Shown here piece after piece: positions 1 through 11,670 of a stretch of DNA of 64,000 bases. A program made the position numbers and the translations under genes. Each line of letters begins with the position of its first letter. Position 1 is the first letter of the stretch. The notes below the pieces were generated by a model. It did not search any database. It had not been told where the DNA came from and saw only the letters and a list, made by a program, of their open reading frames with translations. This DNA is from Trypanosoma brucei (lineage: Eukaryota), in NCBI GenBank assembly GCA_000002445.1, contig CP000069.1, positions 1,312,001-1,376,000 on the forward strand, read 5' to 3'.

Positions 1-1
1 C

Positions 2-652
2 GTGCAGTATGTGCAATACAACACAACGTGCCCATCCAACCTTGGTTCGGGGGTAGGAGGGTTGGGTTCCTCTTCCAAACTCCTTTCTAGTAAGGAGGAT
101 TCGGCAAGCTTACCCACAAAGAAGTTCTCAGGGCCGGTGCGGGGTGTAGACGCTGCGGTTCAATGTGAGCAGGTCAGTGAGACTCAGGGGGAACCGGAGG
201 AGGAAGAGGAGGAACTGCGGGTGGCGGAACCACTAACAGAAAAGGGAGTTGGAGGAACATCGCTCGGACTGAGGGATTTACTGAAAACAAGCAGCGGGGC
301 TAATGTGGGAGCAAAGACGGGGAGATTGCTTACGTCGCGTCCAGTCTATCGTAGCATGCGGATTTCAGAGTGGGCCGCGAACCAGAGAAGTGGGTTGAAC
401 CTTTCTGATGCAACCATAGAGGGTAAGCAAAAAGGGTTCGACAGCAAGCTGCGGAAGGAGTTTGAAAAGTTTGCTGAGGGAAATGATTACATTGAGCGCA
501 GTCGGTTTGTGAAGTTGTACCTCTCGATGGAGCATTTCGGTCTGCCGCCCAGTGAGGCGCAGGTGAACGAACTTGTGTCCCGCTACTGTAGGGGTGACAA
601 GCTCAAGTTCAATGAGTTTTGTATTATCATGTTGCGCCGTGTTGGGATGTAG
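2..652 (+). CDS. Hypothetical protein, C-terminal fragment; the ORF is open to the window edge, so the 5' end lies upstream. It has an acidic stretch (EPEEEEEEL) and a C-terminal region that loosely resembles a degenerate EF-hand pair.
   Basis: Open frame from position 2 with no upstream stop in the window, ending at TGA 650-652. It is GC-rich, unlike the flanking T-rich DNA. The EF-hand resemblance is weak and by eye only. Confidence 0.35.
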   Translation: MQYVQYNTTCPSNLGSGVGGLGSSSKLLSSKEDSASLPTKKFSGPVRGVDAAVQCEQVSETQGEPEEEEEELRVAEPLTEKGVGGTSLGLRDLLKTSSGANVGAKTGRLLTSRPVYRSMRISEWAANQRSGLNLSDATIEGKQKGFDSKLRKEFEKFAEGNDYIERSRFVKLYLSMEHFGLPPSEAQVNELVSRYCRGDKLKFNEFCIIMLRRVGM

Positions 653-1723
653 GGGGGACGGATCTGCTGAAACCCATTTTGCGCTTACGTGCTCGTACGC
701 GGAACAATCTCCCATCGTCCGTTGGTACTTCCACTTGCCGTTATATTCAAGTGTCTCCTTATCCATGTGTCCGTATGTGTTGAGAGCACAGCGTCTATAT
801 TTGTCTTTTCTTACGTGCCTTTTTCCTTTTTACTGTTGTTATTATTGTTATTACTATTTTTTTGTTTCTCTTTTTTCGAAAATGATATTCCAGATCACGG
901 CCCCTACTTGTGTTAGTTGCGGTATGGAGGGTCGCGTGAGGTGTGTGTATGTGTGTGGGTAGGAGGGAATCAGAGGATCATAACAGCGAGGGAGTGTTAA
1001 CAGTGAAGCGGGAAATGAAGAAGAAATCAAATTGCATCGTAACACCGACAAGCGAAGAGGGGGGGGATTCATTGCATCGCGTATGTGTGTGTTGGTTGGG
1101 TGGTATTTGTTTCTTCTTTCCGCAAAATGGCACAACCGGACATGTAAAGTATTTGGTCCTCTTCATGGGTTAATGACCTCCATGATGTACCAAGCAGATG
1201 TATACACGGACGACAAAACATATCCTGTTTAAGGTTCCCAGCGTCCACAGCGGCGTCTTTTTGTATCTACAAAGGCGGTGTCGGGGAAACGGGAACGCGG
1301 AGTGTTTCCACTTAAAATTTCTTTTGCTTCTCAGTCCCCTCACCACTAATTTCCTTGAACCCACTTGTATGATTGACTTCATCTTTTCCCCATCCTTCTC
1401 CACACCAGCTGCAATAAAATGTGGGAGTTCTCTATGTGCCTTTTCCTCTCCACGGTGGTGGCAGAGAATGATATCTTTGTGTGAACTGTGCTGATGTATA
1501 AGTTAATTCTCCCCACCCTTTGGCATCATGCTTTTCTTTCCATAATTCCTTTCTTGTTTCATCTAAAAATTTGCTGAAGGACTTGAGCACTGAGAAAGCG
1601 TATATTTTTTCTGCCTTCTTTTATCCCCTCCCCCTTTACAGGCTTCTGGTGCGGCACAGCTATTTGGGTTTCAGGGTTTGCCTCCCGTTTCGGTAGGAGC
1701 CGCCCTAGTCGTTGCGGACGACC

Positions 1724-2341
1724 ATGCGACCGGAGCAGTGTGACACGTACACGGAGCTGTCCTCAGCCCCACGGGAGACGAAGGTAATATGCAAATATTT
1801 CGCCACGGGGGGCTGTAGCCGTGGGGCGGCTTGTGCCTTCTCTCACGTTCTTAACCAAAACGCACCTGAAGGTGTCGATGCTTCGCGTGGCTTCTTTATA
1901 TGTGGAAATGTTGCCAACTTCGGAAGAACCACGGCGTTGCCAACAACTCAATCCGTGCTGTCGTTGCCACCGAGTACAACACCGGAGGACTCTAGTATCC
2001 TCGTGGAGCAGATGTGTGCTGGTGCTCAACAGCTCCACGCACCAACGGCTGAACCTAAGTTAACACCCACAATCCCTTCACTCCCAACCATTGTTGATGC
2101 TGGAACGGCTCGAGCAACTTACAGCAGTATTCCGCCTGAAAGGTCCCTAATCTGCTGTGAGGAGTCGTGGATGCCGCAGCAACGACCCCTGGTGCCACTG
2201 AATCACAGTCCTGTTGTCCACTTTGTTGCACCGCCGCCTGCTATGGCGTTTTATCATCCAATGCCGTACGTATTGGTGGGGCAGGTTCCTTTGGGGTACT
2301 CTCTTCAGGGAAGCACCGTGAACATAACCCGTGCGAATTAG
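1724..2341 (+). CDS. CCCH-type zinc finger protein with a single C-x7-C-x5-C-x3-H finger near the N-terminus (CKYFATGGCSRGAACAFSH) and a Pro/Thr/Ser-rich low-complexity C-terminus. Probably an RNA-binding protein.
   Basis: The ORF track starts at TTG 1712. The first in-frame ATG is 1724-1726 (MRPEQCDTYTEL...), which I checked in the sequence. The CCCH spacing is read directly from the translation. Confidence 0.55.
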   Translation: MRPEQCDTYTELSSAPRETKVICKYFATGGCSRGAACAFSHVLNQNAPEGVDASRGFFICGNVANFGRTTALPTTQSVLSLPPSTTPEDSSILVEQMCAGAQQLHAPTAEPKLTPTIPSLPTIVDAGTARATYSSIPPERSLICCEESWMPQQRPLVPLNHSPVVHFVAPPPAMAFYHPMPYVLVGQVPLGYSLQGSTVNITRAN

Positions 2342-5300
2342 TCGAGGTGTGTGCACGTCCCGCGGATGGTGTTGCGGCCGGCTCATCGAAAATTATTCAT
2401 AGATGTCGTCGTGTCACTGGGCCTCCCGGAAAAGCTTATACAACTGTCGCTTGCAACTGCACCCAAGGTATAATGGGGTCGTTACGGAGGAGTACCCAGA
2501 TGGAGGGACACCCTGTTGGTGGAATTCGGGTAAAACTAGGCAAACCGAAGCGAAACAATTGTGGCAGAAGTGAACGGCAAATTGTAATTAGCACTTCGTA
2601 GGGAGGGAAGTAGTCATCTGTACCTGAGCGTGGTAGTGCAGAAGCATGCCGTTGAAAAGTGGAGAGGTAAATATGGGCAGTTTTTTTGTTATTGGTCTAC
2701 AAGTACATGTTTGTATCCTTAATAGATGCCCGTGTCACTGGGCTTTTGGCTCTCCCGCACAGTGCACGTCATCATCGTTGACTTATGGGGCGTTGTGCCT
2801 CCCTCAACTCTTCCCACTGCCGGCGCTTCGGGTGTATGACATGAAGTAATGCTAAGAATGACAACGTAAGAACAAAATGATTTTTACATTTCATTGGGCC
2901 ATACATTACGCTGAGTGAAGTTGCTTTGTATCGAGGAAGCTTACTGGGCTGTTGGGTGCAGTTTCTTTTTCGCGCGTGTTGTACCCTGGGGGATGTTATT
3001 CTTTTTTTTTTCCCTCTCTCTTTATTGCAATGCCTGGTTGGGTGGAAGTACGCGAATAGAGGATGGATTGTATTCCCCGTGTAGAATCATTGGAAAAACT
3101 GCTGCTTTCATGCCTTCCTCCCATTTCTTTTCTTCCTCTCACTACAAAACAGGTTGGTCCCTTCTTGTTTTTGCTTTTTTCCCCATTTCTTTTTCTTTCC
3201 TAATTTTTTGTTGTTCACGGGGCACTTCATCCATTTTGATGATAGTTTCAACGTGTGTGAATGCCCCCGACGACCTCCTTCGTGTGCTCGTGTATGTCTG
3301 TTGTTTAACTTTTCCTATTCCCGCTCACATGCAGACACACGTGTGCTTTTCAGGTAAATACTTATTTCATTTCATGATCAGCCTGTTCATCGTTTGGGCT
3401 TTTATACAGTTTTCTATCCCCTTCCATAAAGATATGTTCTTTTTCTCTTTGTGGGGTTATATTTTCATTTTCATTTTTATCTGCTTTGCTTTTTTTTTAC
3501 TGTCTTCGTGCACATTTGACAATGTTCTGTTCATTCTGTTTCCCTTTTTTTTTCTTTTGTTAAGTCGGCCAACGTTTTCTTTCACCCCACCAATGCGCGT
3601 TTTACTTTCCGTAATCCCTTTTCCGCATCTGTGTTTGGCAGCACAGTGCCACTACAAGTGAGTTGTAGCATGTGATATAACGAGGCATCTTTTTTAGTGC
3701 ATATTTGGTTCGTCGGCTGGGATTTTTTGGGAGATGAAATATGTTTTGTTTTTTTTGTTGAAAATCCTCTTCCGGCATTCCTTCATTTGCTGCATTTACT
3801 CATTTCAATCTTTTGTTGGTTCGTTTGTGTATCTCATGTGTAATAGCGGATGGGTATTTGATGAAGCGTGAGAAAAAAAAATGGGGGCGGGTGAATGGGT
3901 GGGGGTGTGGATTATTAGGATGGAATGAAGGGAAGAGCAGGATAAATCTAATTTAAAAAGAAAATTAAATATGAGTAAATAAATATTTGATATATATATA
4001 TATATGTATATATGGATCGAAAAGGTAATATTTTGTAAAGTGGAGTAATTATCAAGAGAGGAGTAGGGGATGGAGGAAAAGGAAAATGAAAATGAAAAGC
4101 TACAACAACGACAAAGCACCACTAATAAAAAAAACAGATAGGGGGAATTGATTTTTTTTTTTTGGAACATTTGCAGATGTAGTTTGCTTTTTTTTTTCGT
4201 GTGTGTTCTTTGTTCTACATTTTAAAAAAATACTTCCAGACTAGTTAAAAGGGTGTCGAAAACAAAAAGAAATTCAAAACAAACGAGAAGATGGGAGAGA
4301 ATTGTTCGTATATATGTATATATATATATATATATATATGTACCTGAACAACTGTAGGTGGATGTTGCAATAAGTGAGAAAGAAGAAAGGAAGGAACAGC
4401 AGCTGCGAATAACGTGGCGTGGACCCCTTTGAAAACCCACTGATGCGACCGATGTGTTTTCCTTTTTCTCCTTATTTTTCCTCCCCCCGTTTGTATTGTT
4501 TAGGGAGTCGCCACCGCCTCTCGTACAGTGCTGCAGCCTCTATTTTTTTATTTTTTTAATATTATTTTGAAACGCGAGCTGCTGGGCTTTCTGAACCAAA
4601 TGGGCAACTTGGCTGACATTGTATTTGAAAATATATTTCACGCCCCCATCTTTCCTCAAGTAACATATAACCCTTCAGTTGTACTTGTTTTCACTTCTGC
4701 TTCGTGCAGTTTGGCTACTTCAAATATCATCTTTCTAAACTTTGCGGTTTTCTCTGTTTTCTTTTCCGTTTCTCTTATTAAAACCATTGTTTCGCGTTGT
4801 CTTTACCGTGGCGTCGACGTGGAGGAATTTCTGTGAAGGGGGTTTGGCCAAAATTTGGAAGTCACTTTACCGTACTTGTGTTGCGGTGCGATTTACACCT
4901 TCCAATTCAGCTTTTCAGCATAAGTAATACGGTCGGAAGGGTGTAACAGTTGGGGAAAGGAAAGAGTTACAAGAATTATGGGTTACAAGATTGTGTGAGG
5001 GGTATTTCTGGTATTGTTACCAGCTTAGTTTCATGTCGGTTGTTTTATGATTCGCCAGTCGGACCGTTGCGCCTCGGCCTGTGGGAGACGGATTATGAGG
5101 CAATATGGATTGCATGTGAGTGGCAATTTGAATCACCGGTTTGACATCTGCTGCATGCGGCAGTTGGTAACATTCAATCGGTGGTTTACTCCTGGGGTTC
5201 GTATTATAATATAGGTGAAATGAGCGGTCACCCCAGTCGCAGCAAAGGTGTTTTGAGAGGGCTTAAGGAAGGCTAAGGAATGCTGTGCTCGGCGGTCGTG

Positions 5301-5877
5301 GACGTGTTTGTAAGTATGCATGCATATGTTCACATGTGAGCTTACACGTGTGAGCGTATGCGGTGGTTTTGTTTTATTTTTCTTATTCCATGTACTGGTT
5401 GACACTGAGAGAGCATGTGGCCTCTTTCACCGTGCCTCTATATTCTTCCCTCGACCCACCCAAATCATCGTTTCTACTGCCCGTGTTTTGATGCTCTTTT
5501 TCTTGTTCCTGCATTCGCCGGGTTTCAGTCTCCAAACCTTTGCCGGGGGAACCAAGAGCCCATTGGTTTGAGCGCTGCTTAAGCATATAGATAGAGAGTT
5601 GAGTAGAAAAGAAGGACAACAGCAGCGGGTCGCGATATAGGAGATTATATAAACTCAAGTACGCACACACACGAATACATACACCGTCTCAGTTCGAAGG
5701 AGGCGGACAGTGGGGGAGGATTGAGAGAGTTGAGGGTAAAGACAAGGGATCACTGAGTGTGTGTGTGTGTGTGGACCGATAATAACAATAATAACAATAT
5801 TAAAGAATAAAGCAAAGAAAGAACAAACAGAAGGGCAGATTGATAAAAAATTAAAAGGAAGAAGGAGATAAGGAATC

Positions 5878-8760
5878 ATGGATCCAATCAACCCGAATGA
5901 TCCCATTCTCACTAGGCGACTAGAGATGCTTGCTCAGAACGCCTTGTCCGTTGAGAGCGCCGATAGGGAGAGGGCAGAACAGGAGATCAGGGAGTTTCAG
6001 AATCGCGTAGACATACAGAGTGGTTTTGTGCTTTTGCTTCTCAACGTAGCGAGCTCCCAAAGCCCTGCAGCCTCTTTTTGTTCAATTGTGTTTAAAAACA
6101 CAGTGAAGAACTGCTGGAATGAGGGAACATCAGAACATTGTGTGGCGGAGAGTGATAAGGCTTTTGTTCGCAACAACATTACAGGTATCATGTTTAGCGC
6201 TCCTCTGAATGTCCAGCGGAACTTAGCAGAGGCCATTTCTATGATAGCTGAGACTGACTTTCCGTCCGCATGGCCTGATGCGCTGCAGCGTATTATTCAT
6301 GTTCTAATGAACGAAAAGAGTGTCGTGCTACACAGCGCAGCGTTATCTACGGCTCACAGCATTCTCGGACGTTATCGTAATCAGCCGGACCTTTCCCAGG
6401 AAACTGCCAATGATCTGCGAGTAATATACACGGATTTAACGTCACCGCTTCTTAACTCAATGGTGTTGCTTGTGGATGCTGTGGAAAAGTGTGGGACTGA
6501 CGCTCATGCTGCGTGCACGGGTCTTACCTCCGCTGTGGAGTGCCTTCGTGATATAACTGCTTTTGATCTTGGTGACGAGTTTATCTGGGGAATCGAGGGG
6601 TTCGTCCGTGTTTTATTACGTTGTCTTCAACTCGGTGGCTCTGGTGTATTGGGGGCATGTACAATAGAGCTGAAGTCCGTCGTAATCATGTGTGTCTCGC
6701 ACTTTCTTCTGCAATTTGATGAAGACTTTGAGAAGTACGCCTCGGAATTCCTTAAGGTTGTGTGGGACACCATTTCCTCCCCTTCGAGCTGTGAGAGTGA
6801 TATGGACGATATTGTCGTTCAGGGGATGGGTCTTTTAGCGGCCGCCTGTCGTGGCGCGACACGGGAAGTTTTTAACAATGAGAGTGTTCTTGTGAATTTA
6901 ATGACCGAGGTTATTATGCCAAACCTTGCGCTGCGGCAGGTGGATGTTGAACTGTTTGGGACAGAACCCGATGAGTATATCCAGAGGGATATTGAGGGTA
7001 GTGACTTTCACACTCGGCGGCGCGAGGCAGGTGAATTGGTACGAGCGTTGCTGTTATTCTTCCCTGAAAAAACCGGGCCACTCTTCACGGCAAAAGCGCA
7101 GGAGTTGTTGGCATCTGCCGCCCAAGGTGACTGGAAGGCTAAAGACTTGGCCATTTATCTCGTGTCTGCGCTCTCGTTGGAGGGGCAACACGTGAGCACA
7201 CAGAGGGGTGTGACGCAGTGCTTGAGTAAACTTGTGCCTTTCGAGCCTTTTCTAAAACAAAATGTATTGTCTGAGCTGTCGTGCGGTGTTTCGCCGCAGA
7301 GCCCTGCAATAGTCAAAGCAAGCTGTATTCGATTTGTTGCAGCCTTCCGCGCACACATTGAGCGCTCTCTGTTGCCGGACATCATAGCACTACTTGCCTC
7401 CTGGATCCTTTGTGAGGACACTGTGGTCCAGGTATATGCTGCACACGCTGTAGAACGTGTTTTAACTCTACAGGACCCGGGTAAACCGGGCCACGTTATC
7501 ACCGACACTGTGTTGGGGGACAAAGCACCTTCGCTTCTGCACAATCTTTGTGTGAGACTCAACCAGGAGAAGAAACCAATCGCGTACACAATGCAGTGCC
7601 TTATGCGTGTCTGCCAGAACTGTAGCGGTTGTGTGAAGTCGTTTGTGGGAGACATCATAACCTGTATGGTGCCTGTCATAAAAGAGAATTCAAAAAACCC
7701 GTCGAACCCATTGTTTAGTCACTGTATGTTTGAAGTTGTTTCCCAGTGCATCATGTTACGTCCGGAGGATGCAGCTGCTATCGAAAGCGCCTTGTGGGAA
7801 CCTATGATCTTCATTCTTCAGAATGACGTGCTCGAGTATGTGCCTTACACTCTTCAAATCATGGCTCAACTGCTTGATGCTCATGGGAGTGGCGCACCCG
7901 AGCCACCAACGTATTACCAGGCTCTCCTGGAACCGCTCCTTTTACCCGAAATGTACAAACAAAGGGGAAGCATTCCTGCTATTGTTCGTCTTTTGGTGTC
8001 TTTCATAGAGCACTACCCGGGATTTGTGCACGGCAAGGGCCTAACGGAGAGGGTAATAGCGGTAGTCAGGTCGCTTGTTCAGTATAAGAATTACGACCAC
8101 GAGGGACTTAACATCCTTACGACCATGATCAGAGCATACCCGAAGGATGTTATCTCACCATACATGGTGTCTATCTATCAGTCATTGATACAGAGGCTGC
8201 AGAAGTCTAGGACCCCGAAGTATGTTCGCATTCTCATCATCTTTTTGTCGATAACAGTGATCACTCATGGGGCTGACGATGTTGTGACGCAAATCAACCG
8301 CATTCAGGATGGGCTGTTCTGGATGTTGTTTCAACGTGTTTGGCTTCCCCACGTTCCAAAGGTCCTCGGAGTCCTCGAGCGGAAGACATGTATAATAGCC
8401 CTGGCCTCGCTTCTCGGTGATTGTGTAACGTTGCAGCAGAATGCTGAAACGTGGTCGACCTGTGTTGTGAGCTGCCTCAAAATGATTCACGGTGCTGTAG
8501 AAAAGGACGACTGGACGAGCTTTACACCACAAACTCATAGTGTCAATGACTTAGCCCAGCATGTTGCCGATATCGGGTATACAAATGCGTTTTGTCCACT
8601 TCAGGGCGCCGTGCAGACACCAGTTGACGTCTGTCCCATGGTTCAGCAGCCAGAGGCGCTTTTCCGAGAGCGCCTTCAGAAAGCCTTGAGTGGTCCCAAC
8701 GCGGAGCAGCTGGTACGGTTGCTGCAGGCTTATCCCGAGGTAATGGCGCAATTGCAGTGA
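5878..8760 (+). CDS. Importin-beta superfamily nuclear transport receptor, most like CAS/CSE1 (exportin-2), 960 aa
   Basis: Real ATG at 5878. The N-terminus (LAQNALSVESADRERAEQEIREFQNRVDIQSGFVLLLLNVA) fits the importin-beta N-terminal (IBN_N) pattern. The length (~960 aa) and helical-repeat character fit CSE1/CAS. The long uninterrupted GC-rich ORF is preceded by a polypyrimidine tract. Confidence 0.6.
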   Translation: MDPINPNDPILTRRLEMLAQNALSVESADRERAEQEIREFQNRVDIQSGFVLLLLNVASSQSPAASFCSIVFKNTVKNCWNEGTSEHCVAESDKAFVRNNITGIMFSAPLNVQRNLAEAISMIAETDFPSAWPDALQRIIHVLMNEKSVVLHSAALSTAHSILGRYRNQPDLSQETANDLRVIYTDLTSPLLNSMVLLVDAVEKCGTDAHAACTGLTSAVECLRDITAFDLGDEFIWGIEGFVRVLLRCLQLGGSGVLGACTIELKSVVIMCVSHFLLQFDEDFEKYASEFLKVVWDTISSPSSCESDMDDIVVQGMGLLAAACRGATREVFNNESVLVNLMTEVIMPNLALRQVDVELFGTEPDEYIQRDIEGSDFHTRRREAGELVRALLLFFPEKTGPLFTAKAQELLASAAQGDWKAKDLAIYLVSALSLEGQHVSTQRGVTQCLSKLVPFEPFLKQNVLSELSCGVSPQSPAIVKASCIRFVAAFRAHIERSLLPDIIALLASWILCEDTVVQVYAAHAVERVLTLQDPGKPGHVITDTVLGDKAPSLLHNLCVRLNQEKKPIAYTMQCLMRVCQNCSGCVKSFVGDIITCMVPVIKENSKNPSNPLFSHCMFEVVSQCIMLRPEDAAAIESALWEPMIFILQNDVLEYVPYTLQIMAQLLDAHGSGAPEPPTYYQALLEPLLLPEMYKQRGSIPAIVRLLVSFIEHYPGFVHGKGLTERVIAVVRSLVQYKNYDHEGLNILTTMIRAYPKDVISPYMVSIYQSLIQRLQKSRTPKYVRILIIFLSITVITHGADDVVTQINRIQDGLFWMLFQRVWLPHVPKVLGVLERKTCIIALASLLGDCVTLQQNAETWSTCVVSCLKMIHGAVEKDDWTSFTPQTHSVNDLAQHVADIGYTNAFCPLQGAVQTPVDVCPMVQQPEALFRERLQKALSGPNAEQLVRLLQAYPEVMAQLQ

Positions 8761-9608
8761 TGGGTGTGAGGAAGTATCTTTGCGTTGTATTTCCTTGGTT
8801 CCATTTTTCTGGCGTCCTTCGGTTCCACAGCGGCGGTTAATTTGCGTGGGCGGCTCCACATCTGGGCGGTGTGCGACCAACCGCAGTTGTTTTTTGTTCG
8901 CTTTTGTGTGTGTTTTCAATCATTTCTCCAGCTATTCGCTTTAGTTGCTGAGCGTCATTGACGCACCGCAACGGTCGTCGGGCTGCTGCATTACAACATC
9001 GGGAGAGAAGATGTTGCACTGAGTGGAGTAGGCTGGAGAGAAGGGTGATTTTTTTTTTTTTTTGTGTTGGTGTTTGGTTGTTTTTTTTTTATTCGTGGGC
9101 GATTTCCCCTCTTTTTTAAGGATGAGCAGAGGGTGATACGACCGTTTCCGCGGCGGAGCATCCGTGCCGAAGAAGTGCTGGCGATATGGACCGCCCGCGT
9201 AGACGGTAGGGATCCCTGCAGGAGGCACAGAGTGAGACGCAAGTTAAGAGAAGTAACAGGGGAACAAAAGTGACAACAGGGAGGAGAATACAAGTTTCTT
9301 TCGTGCCTTCTCATCTCGTTTATTGGTCTGTACGCTACACGTATGTGTCTCCTGTATTTACCTTGATGGGTCGGATGCTCCTATTTCTTCATATATTCCC
9401 CTCCGTTCTCCTTTTTTTTCCCCCCTTTCGAAAAATAAAAATCCCTTCACATCTTCCAATTTACCCTTCATTTGAGTCGTTGGCATTCTCGCAGTTGACA
9501 CAGCTGGTCCGTTGTCCGCGTAGTGTGACGTGTGTGGAGCGCATTACACTTGCATTAACTCACGTTGAAGGGGGCTGGGGGGGGGGGAGTCAGTAGGACA
9601 TCAGCAAC

Positions 9609-11483
9609 ATGTTCGCCTACATCTGTGCCACGGCCCAAGAGTTTATAGGGGGTGTGCACTTCGGTCCCGACAACCGCGTCGTTTCTGTAAACACCTCGGA
9701 ATATCCCTCACTCTCGGGCATTCAATGTGGAATGGTTCTTACATCCATCAATGGGACGCGTGTTGGGCAGTCCGAAGAGGAGAAGTTACGATGGAAATGT
9801 GCCGCTGGTGAGCTGATGTTAGTGTTCAACTCTAGGGCCCCGGGACAGCACGACGAGCTGGACCTGAGCTCTGCTGAGGAAGACGAAAATTTGTTGGACA
9901 GCCAGAAGACGCTGCTTTCACCAAACTTGGAGTGTGATGAAATCGTTTTCGGCCAGCGTAAGAGTGTGGACGTACTTATTGATGCAGTGGGGCGCACCGG
10001 GCCTGGCGGGTGCATTATCATCATGAGTGAAGGTGTTAACCCCTCCTATGCTCTTACGGTAGCTGCTGAGCAGTCATCGCGGACCACAATGTACATCAAC
10101 GCAGTTGCGCGGCTCAAGACACGCCAACCTCTCACTCGAGCAGGTGAAGATTTTCTCAAGTCCCTTAGGAAGGGACTGTGGATTTATATCGAACAGGCAT
10201 CAAAATCCATGTCGCTTCTTTACACCCTGGCCGAAAGCATCGAGGAGGCGAGGAGGAGTGCTACCATCGACGCCAATGCACGTGTTTTCCTCATGTGTGA
10301 GCCACATCCTCACTTTCCGGAGGCATTGCTTGAGGGGGCTGTAACACTCCGTAGTTCACTCCGCCCTGGAACGAGTGAGGTCATGCTGGAGGACAATCTT
10401 CTGGCAAGCGAGCAAAAACTTAGGGCTGTTCGAGGCGGCTCTCTTGTGACATCCGATGGGAAGGCAGAAATCACCAAAGTGAACGCACGCGTTAAGATTT
10501 CCCATGAAGTTAGCATTGTTCCTTTAGAGAAGAATGCCTTTATGGAACTGAGCCGAAGTGCAACAGCCCCCATCGAACGAGAGGCCGGCAGGGAGCAGGG
10601 CATAACACGCACTGCCAGGTACACTTTTGGCAAAAATGAAAAGTTTATTTCTCTCTGTAGGGTGAAGGATGGGTGTTATGCGGTGGGCACTTTGGGGGGA
10701 TATGTGATCATGATAGATGCAGACGGCTTACCCCTCATTCAATTCAGGCCGCACAAAGCGTGTATATGGGATGTCGCTTTCGCTTCACCGCACGACTTCG
10801 CCACTGCCTGCGACGACGGCGCCAGCGCCATTTTAAACTACTCACTGGAGGCACACGAAATTCGAGCTACTTCTGTGGCTTCATTTCAGCAAGAAGTCTT
10901 TGCGGTAACATATGTGACACCTGATGAACCGGATAGTGCTGTTGTATCCGGTGGCCTGAGCGCGACAATTTGTGTACTGCACTCAGATCGGCAGGTGAGC
11001 TCATTCATATCCGCCGGAATGACTATTCAGGCACTGCGCTCCACAAGGCAACGACACGTAATCGTAGGCGGTGGGAGCGGCGTCTGCGCGTTAATTGATC
11101 CGGTGGCATCGACTATTCTGGAAGAAAGCGGCCGCCACAAAAAAAAGGTACCGGCTGTGGCAAGTTACGGCGCTTTGGGTGTGACAGGGGGTTTTGATAA
11201 AGTGGTTCGGCTTTGGGATGTTAGGAATGGACTTCGTATGGTGACTGAAGTGGCCATGCCAGAGGTAGTTACAGCAGTTGCAGCTCATGGGGAGCATGTT
11301 GCTGCCTGTTGTGGCTCTGATCTGTTCGTGTGGGATGTTCGCAATTTATCCCGCCCGTTGGTACGGAGAGAAAAGGCATGGAAGGACCTCACCAGGGGTT
11401 TGGTTATGTGTGATAATTCAATTGTTACTGCCTCCGCGGATGGCGTAACCCGCTTCTGGTCACTCAATGCAACCAGCGAATAA
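9609..11483 (+). CDS. WD40-repeat protein, 624 aa, function unknown
   Basis: Real ATG at 9609-9611. The C-terminal half carries recognisable WD repeat ends (VVRLWDVRNG, LFVWDVRNLS, GVTRFWSL, ACIWDVAF). Confidence 0.6.
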   Translation: MFAYICATAQEFIGGVHFGPDNRVVSVNTSEYPSLSGIQCGMVLTSINGTRVGQSEEEKLRWKCAAGELMLVFNSRAPGQHDELDLSSAEEDENLLDSQKTLLSPNLECDEIVFGQRKSVDVLIDAVGRTGPGGCIIIMSEGVNPSYALTVAAEQSSRTTMYINAVARLKTRQPLTRAGEDFLKSLRKGLWIYIEQASKSMSLLYTLAESIEEARRSATIDANARVFLMCEPHPHFPEALLEGAVTLRSSLRPGTSEVMLEDNLLASEQKLRAVRGGSLVTSDGKAEITKVNARVKISHEVSIVPLEKNAFMELSRSATAPIEREAGREQGITRTARYTFGKNEKFISLCRVKDGCYAVGTLGGYVIMIDADGLPLIQFRPHKACIWDVAFASPHDFATACDDGASAILNYSLEAHEIRATSVASFQQEVFAVTYVTPDEPDSAVVSGGLSATICVLHSDRQVSSFISAGMTIQALRSTRQRHVIVGGGSGVCALIDPVASTILEESGRHKKKVPAVASYGALGVTGGFDKVVRLWDVRNGLRMVTEVAMPEVVTAVAAHGEHVAACCGSDLFVWDVRNLSRPLVRREKAWKDLTRGLVMCDNSIVTASADGVTRFWSLNATSE

Positions 11484-11595
11484 TGTACCGTTTGCGGCCA
11501 ACTGATCGAGATAGGAAAGTAAAAGAATGACCAGGCATGTCTGTGATTGTTTGCGCGGAGGAGAATTAAACACTTGTGATAAAACCTCCCACCCT

Positions 11596-11670
11596 CCCCT
11601 CACCTCACAGTTATTTTTGATGGTCGCGTCGCGGACTGAAGAATGCGAAAAAAAACTGTGAGGTGAGGTG
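11596..11670. repeat. Perfect 15-bp inverted repeat (cctcacctcacagtt ... aactgtgaggtgagg) separated by a 45-nt loop. It could form a stem-loop in the RNA downstream of the WD40 gene.
   Basis: Read directly from the sequence at 11596-11612 and 11653-11670. Confidence 0.6.

Noticed and set aside
2167-2601. A 144-aa + strand ORF overlapping the 3' end of the CCCH gene in another frame
   Set aside because: It overlaps a better-supported gene out of frame, starts within it, and has no upstream splice signal of its own. It is most likely a chance frame in GC-rich DNA.
2915-3661. A 248-aa + strand ORF, and similar ORFs at 19181-19684, 19796-20157 and 62956-63992, in intergenic DNA
   Set aside because: Translations are extreme low complexity (poly-F/L/C/S). 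They are read-throughs of T-rich polypyrimidine and microsatellite DNA. Several begin at TTG/GTG in the ORF track and do not begin at ATG.
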